A DNA stretch of 64,000 nt from assembly GCF_009914755.1 (NCBI RefSeq), contig NC_060934.1. One strand, written 5' to 3'. Under the pieces are notes generated by a model that worked only from the letters and a program-made list of their open reading frames with translations, was not told the DNA's origin and searched no databases. Numbering within the stretch: position 1 is the first letter of the stretch; every line of letters starts with the position of its first letter. A program made the position numbers and the translations under genes. Below are positions 61,140 through 64,000 of the stretch, piece after piece. The stretch is from the human T2T-CHM13v2.0 reference genome, Homo sapiens.

Positions 61140-64000
61140 CTTTTTTTGTCTTTAAAATCTTTTTGAAAAATTTCTGCTAAAAGAAAAAAATGGGATACAT
61201 GTGCAGAACGTGTAGGTTTGTTACACAGGTACATGTGTGCCATGGTGGTTTGCTGTACCTATTGACCCATCCTCTAAGTTCCCTCCCCTCACCCCCCAGC
61301 CCCCAACAGGCCCTGGTGTGTGTTGTTCCTCTCTCTATGTCCATGTGTTCTCATTGTTCATCTCCCACTTATGAGTGAGAACATGAGGTATTTGGTTTTC
61401 TGTTCCCGTGTTTGTTTGCTGAGGATGATGGCTTCCGGCTTCATCCATGTCCCGGCGAAGGACATGATCTCATTCTCTTTTATGGCTGCATAGTATTCCA
61501 TGATGTAAATGTACCACATTTCCTTTCTCCAGTCTATTGTTGATGGGCATTTGGGTTGGTTTCATGTCTTTGCTATTGTAAATAGTGCTGCAATAAACAT
61601 ACGTGTGCATATGTCTTTATAGTAGAATGATTTATATTCCTTTGGGTATATACCCAGTAATGGGATTGCTGGGTCAAATGGTATTTCTGGTTCTAGATTC
61701 TTGAGGAATTGTCATACTGTGTTCCACAATGATTGAACTAATTTACATTCCTACCAACAGTGTAAAAGTATTCCTATTTCTTCACAGCCTCCCCAGCATC
61801 TATTGTTTCCTGACATTTTAATAATTGCCATTCTGCCTGGTGTGAGATAGTATCTCACTGTGGTTTTGATTTGCATTTCTCTGATGATCACTGATGTTGA
61901 ACTTTTTTTCATATGCTTCTTGGCCGCATAAATGTCTTCTTTTGAGAAGTGTCTGTTCATATTCTTTGCCTGCTTTTTGATGGGGTTGTTTTTTTCTTGT
62001 AAATTTGTTTAAGTTCTTTGTAGATTCTGGATACTAGCCCTTTGTCAAATGGGTAGACTGCAAAAATTTTCTCCTATCCTGTAGGTTGCCTGTTCACTCT
62101 AATGATAGTTTCTTTTGCTGTGCAGAAGCTCTTTAGTTCAATTAGATCTCATTTGTCAAATTTAGCTTTTGTTGCCATTGCTTTTGGCGTTTTTGTCATG
62201 AAATCTTTGCCCATGCCTACGTGCTGAATGCTATTGCCTAGGTTTTCTTCTAGGGTTTTTATGGTTTTGGGTTTTACTTTTAAGTCTTTAATCCACCTTA
62301 AGCTAATTTTTGTATTAGATGTAAGGAAGGGGTCCAATTTCAGTTTTCTGCATATGTCTAGCCGGTTTTCCCAGCACCATTTACTGAATAGTATATCCTT
62401 TCCCCATTGCTTGCTTTTGTCAGGTTTGTTGAAGATCAGATGATTGCAGATTTCTGAGGTCTCCGTTCTGCTCCATTGGTCTATATGTCTGTTTTGGTAC
62501 CAGTACCAGGCTGTTTTGGTTACTGTAGCCTTGTAGTGTAGTTTGAAGTAAGGTAGCATGATGCCTCCAGCTTTGTTCTTTTTGCTTAGGATTGTCTTGG
62601 CTATATGGGGTCTTCTTTGATTCCATATGACATTTAAAATACTTTTTTTCTAATTCTGTGAAGAATGTCAATGGTAGTTTGATGGGAATAGCATTGAATC
62701 AATAAATTATTTTGGGCAGTATGGCCATTTTCACGATATTAATTCTTTCTATCCATGAAGATGGAATGTTTCTTCATTTGTTTGCATCCTCTCTTACATC
62801 CTTGAGCAGTGGTTTGTAGTTCTCCTTGCAGAGGTCCTTCACATCCCTTGTTGGCTGTATACCTACGTATTTTATTCTCTTTGTAGTGATTGTGAATGGG
62901 AGTTCATTCATGATTTGGCACTTATCAGTTTAAGGAGTTTTTGGGCTGAGATGGTGGAGTTTTTTAAATATAAAATCATGTCATCTGCAAACAGAGATAA
63001 TTTGACTTCCTCTCTTCCTATTTGAATATGCTATTTCTTTCCCTTGACTGATTGCTCTGGTCTGAACTTCCAACATTATGTCAAATAGGAGTGGTGAGAC
63101 AGGGCATCCTTGTTTGTACCAGTTTTCAAAGGGAATGCTTCCAGCTTATGCCCATTCAATAATGATATTAGTTGTGGGTTTGTCATAAATAGCTCTTATC
63201 ATTTTGAGATATGTTCCATCAATCCCTAGTTTGTTGAGAGTTTTTAACATGAAGGGATGTTGAATTTTATCAAGGGCTTTTTCTGCATCCATTGAGATAA
63301 TCATGTGGTTTTTGTCTTTGGTTCTGTTTATGTGATGGATTATGTTTACTGATTTGCTTAAGTTGAACCAGCCTTGCATCCCAGGGATGAAGCCGATTTA
63401 CTCGTGGTAGGTAAGTTTTTTGATGTGCTGCTGGTTTCGGTTTGCCAGTATTTTACTGAGGATTTTCTCATCGATGTTCATCAGGGATACTGGTCTGAAG
63501 TTTTCTTTTTTTGTTGTGTCTCTTCCTGGTTTTGGTATCAGGATGATGCTGGCTTCATAAAATGAGTTAGGGAGGAGTCCCTCCTTTTTAATTGTTTGGA
63601 AGAGTTTCAGAAGGAATGGTACTAGCTCCTCTTTGTATTTCTGATAGAATTCAGCTGTAAATCCATCTGGGGCCTGGGCTTTTTTTGGTTGGTAGGCTAT
63701 TAATTACTGCCCCAATTTCAGAACTCGTTATTGGTCTATTCAGGGATTCAATATCTTCCTGGTTAATCTTGTGAGGGTATACGTGTCCAGGAATTTAACC
63801 ATTTTTTCTAGATTTTCCAGTTTATTTCCATAAAGGTGTTTATAGTATTTGCTGATAGTAGTTTGTATTTCTGTGAGGTCAGTGGTGATATCCCCTTTGT
63901 CATTTTTTATTGTCTATTTGATTCTTCTCTCTTTTCTTCTTTATTAGTTTAGCTAGTGGTCTATCCATATTGTTAATTTTTTCAAAAAAACAGTGCCTGG
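61140..64000 (-). mobile_element. L1PA (PA8-like), 3' ~2.8 kb, same strand as ANK3, continues past the window edge
   Basis: ORF2 peptides (ORFs 61751, 62149, 63146); 3' end gggatacatgtgcagaacgtg...cccatcctctaagttccctcccctc. Confidence 0.92.

Overview
Primate (human-like) genomic DNA from the middle of ANK3 (ankyrin-G), transcribed on the minus strand. I located 15 consecutive coding exons by GT-AG boundaries and translation. They run from 60289 down to 13375, total 1717 coding nt, and correspond to about exons 9-23 in the long-isoform numbering I recall. They encode the C-terminal two-thirds of the ankyrin-repeat domain (DGLTPLHCGARS... to ...VTEETMTTT) and the start of the linker (TVTEKHKMNVPETMNEVLDMSDDE-VRKANAPEMLSDGEYISDVEE). 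The rest is intron: about 25 Alu/FLAM copies, several L1s (a near-full-length L1MA-type copy carrying an MLT2 solo LTR, plus L1PB, L1PA, L1MC and L1MB pieces), L2, MIR, L3/CR1, MER20, MER63 and an hY3 Y-RNA retrocopy. Nearly all ORFs in the supplied track are Alu/L1 artefacts or intron read-throughs. I see no new gene and no prokaryote-style system. The best leads are: an in-frame 54-nt alternative donor on exon 18 next to a poor exon-19 acceptor; opposing NOVA-like and QKI-like motifs around the 63-nt linker exon; a competing frameshifting donor on exon 16; inverted Alus around phase-0 exons that could give stop-free circRNAs; and a complex template-switch scar inside an L1 at 38.7-39.3 kb. 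Repeat subfamily names come from recalled consensus sequences and are approximate.
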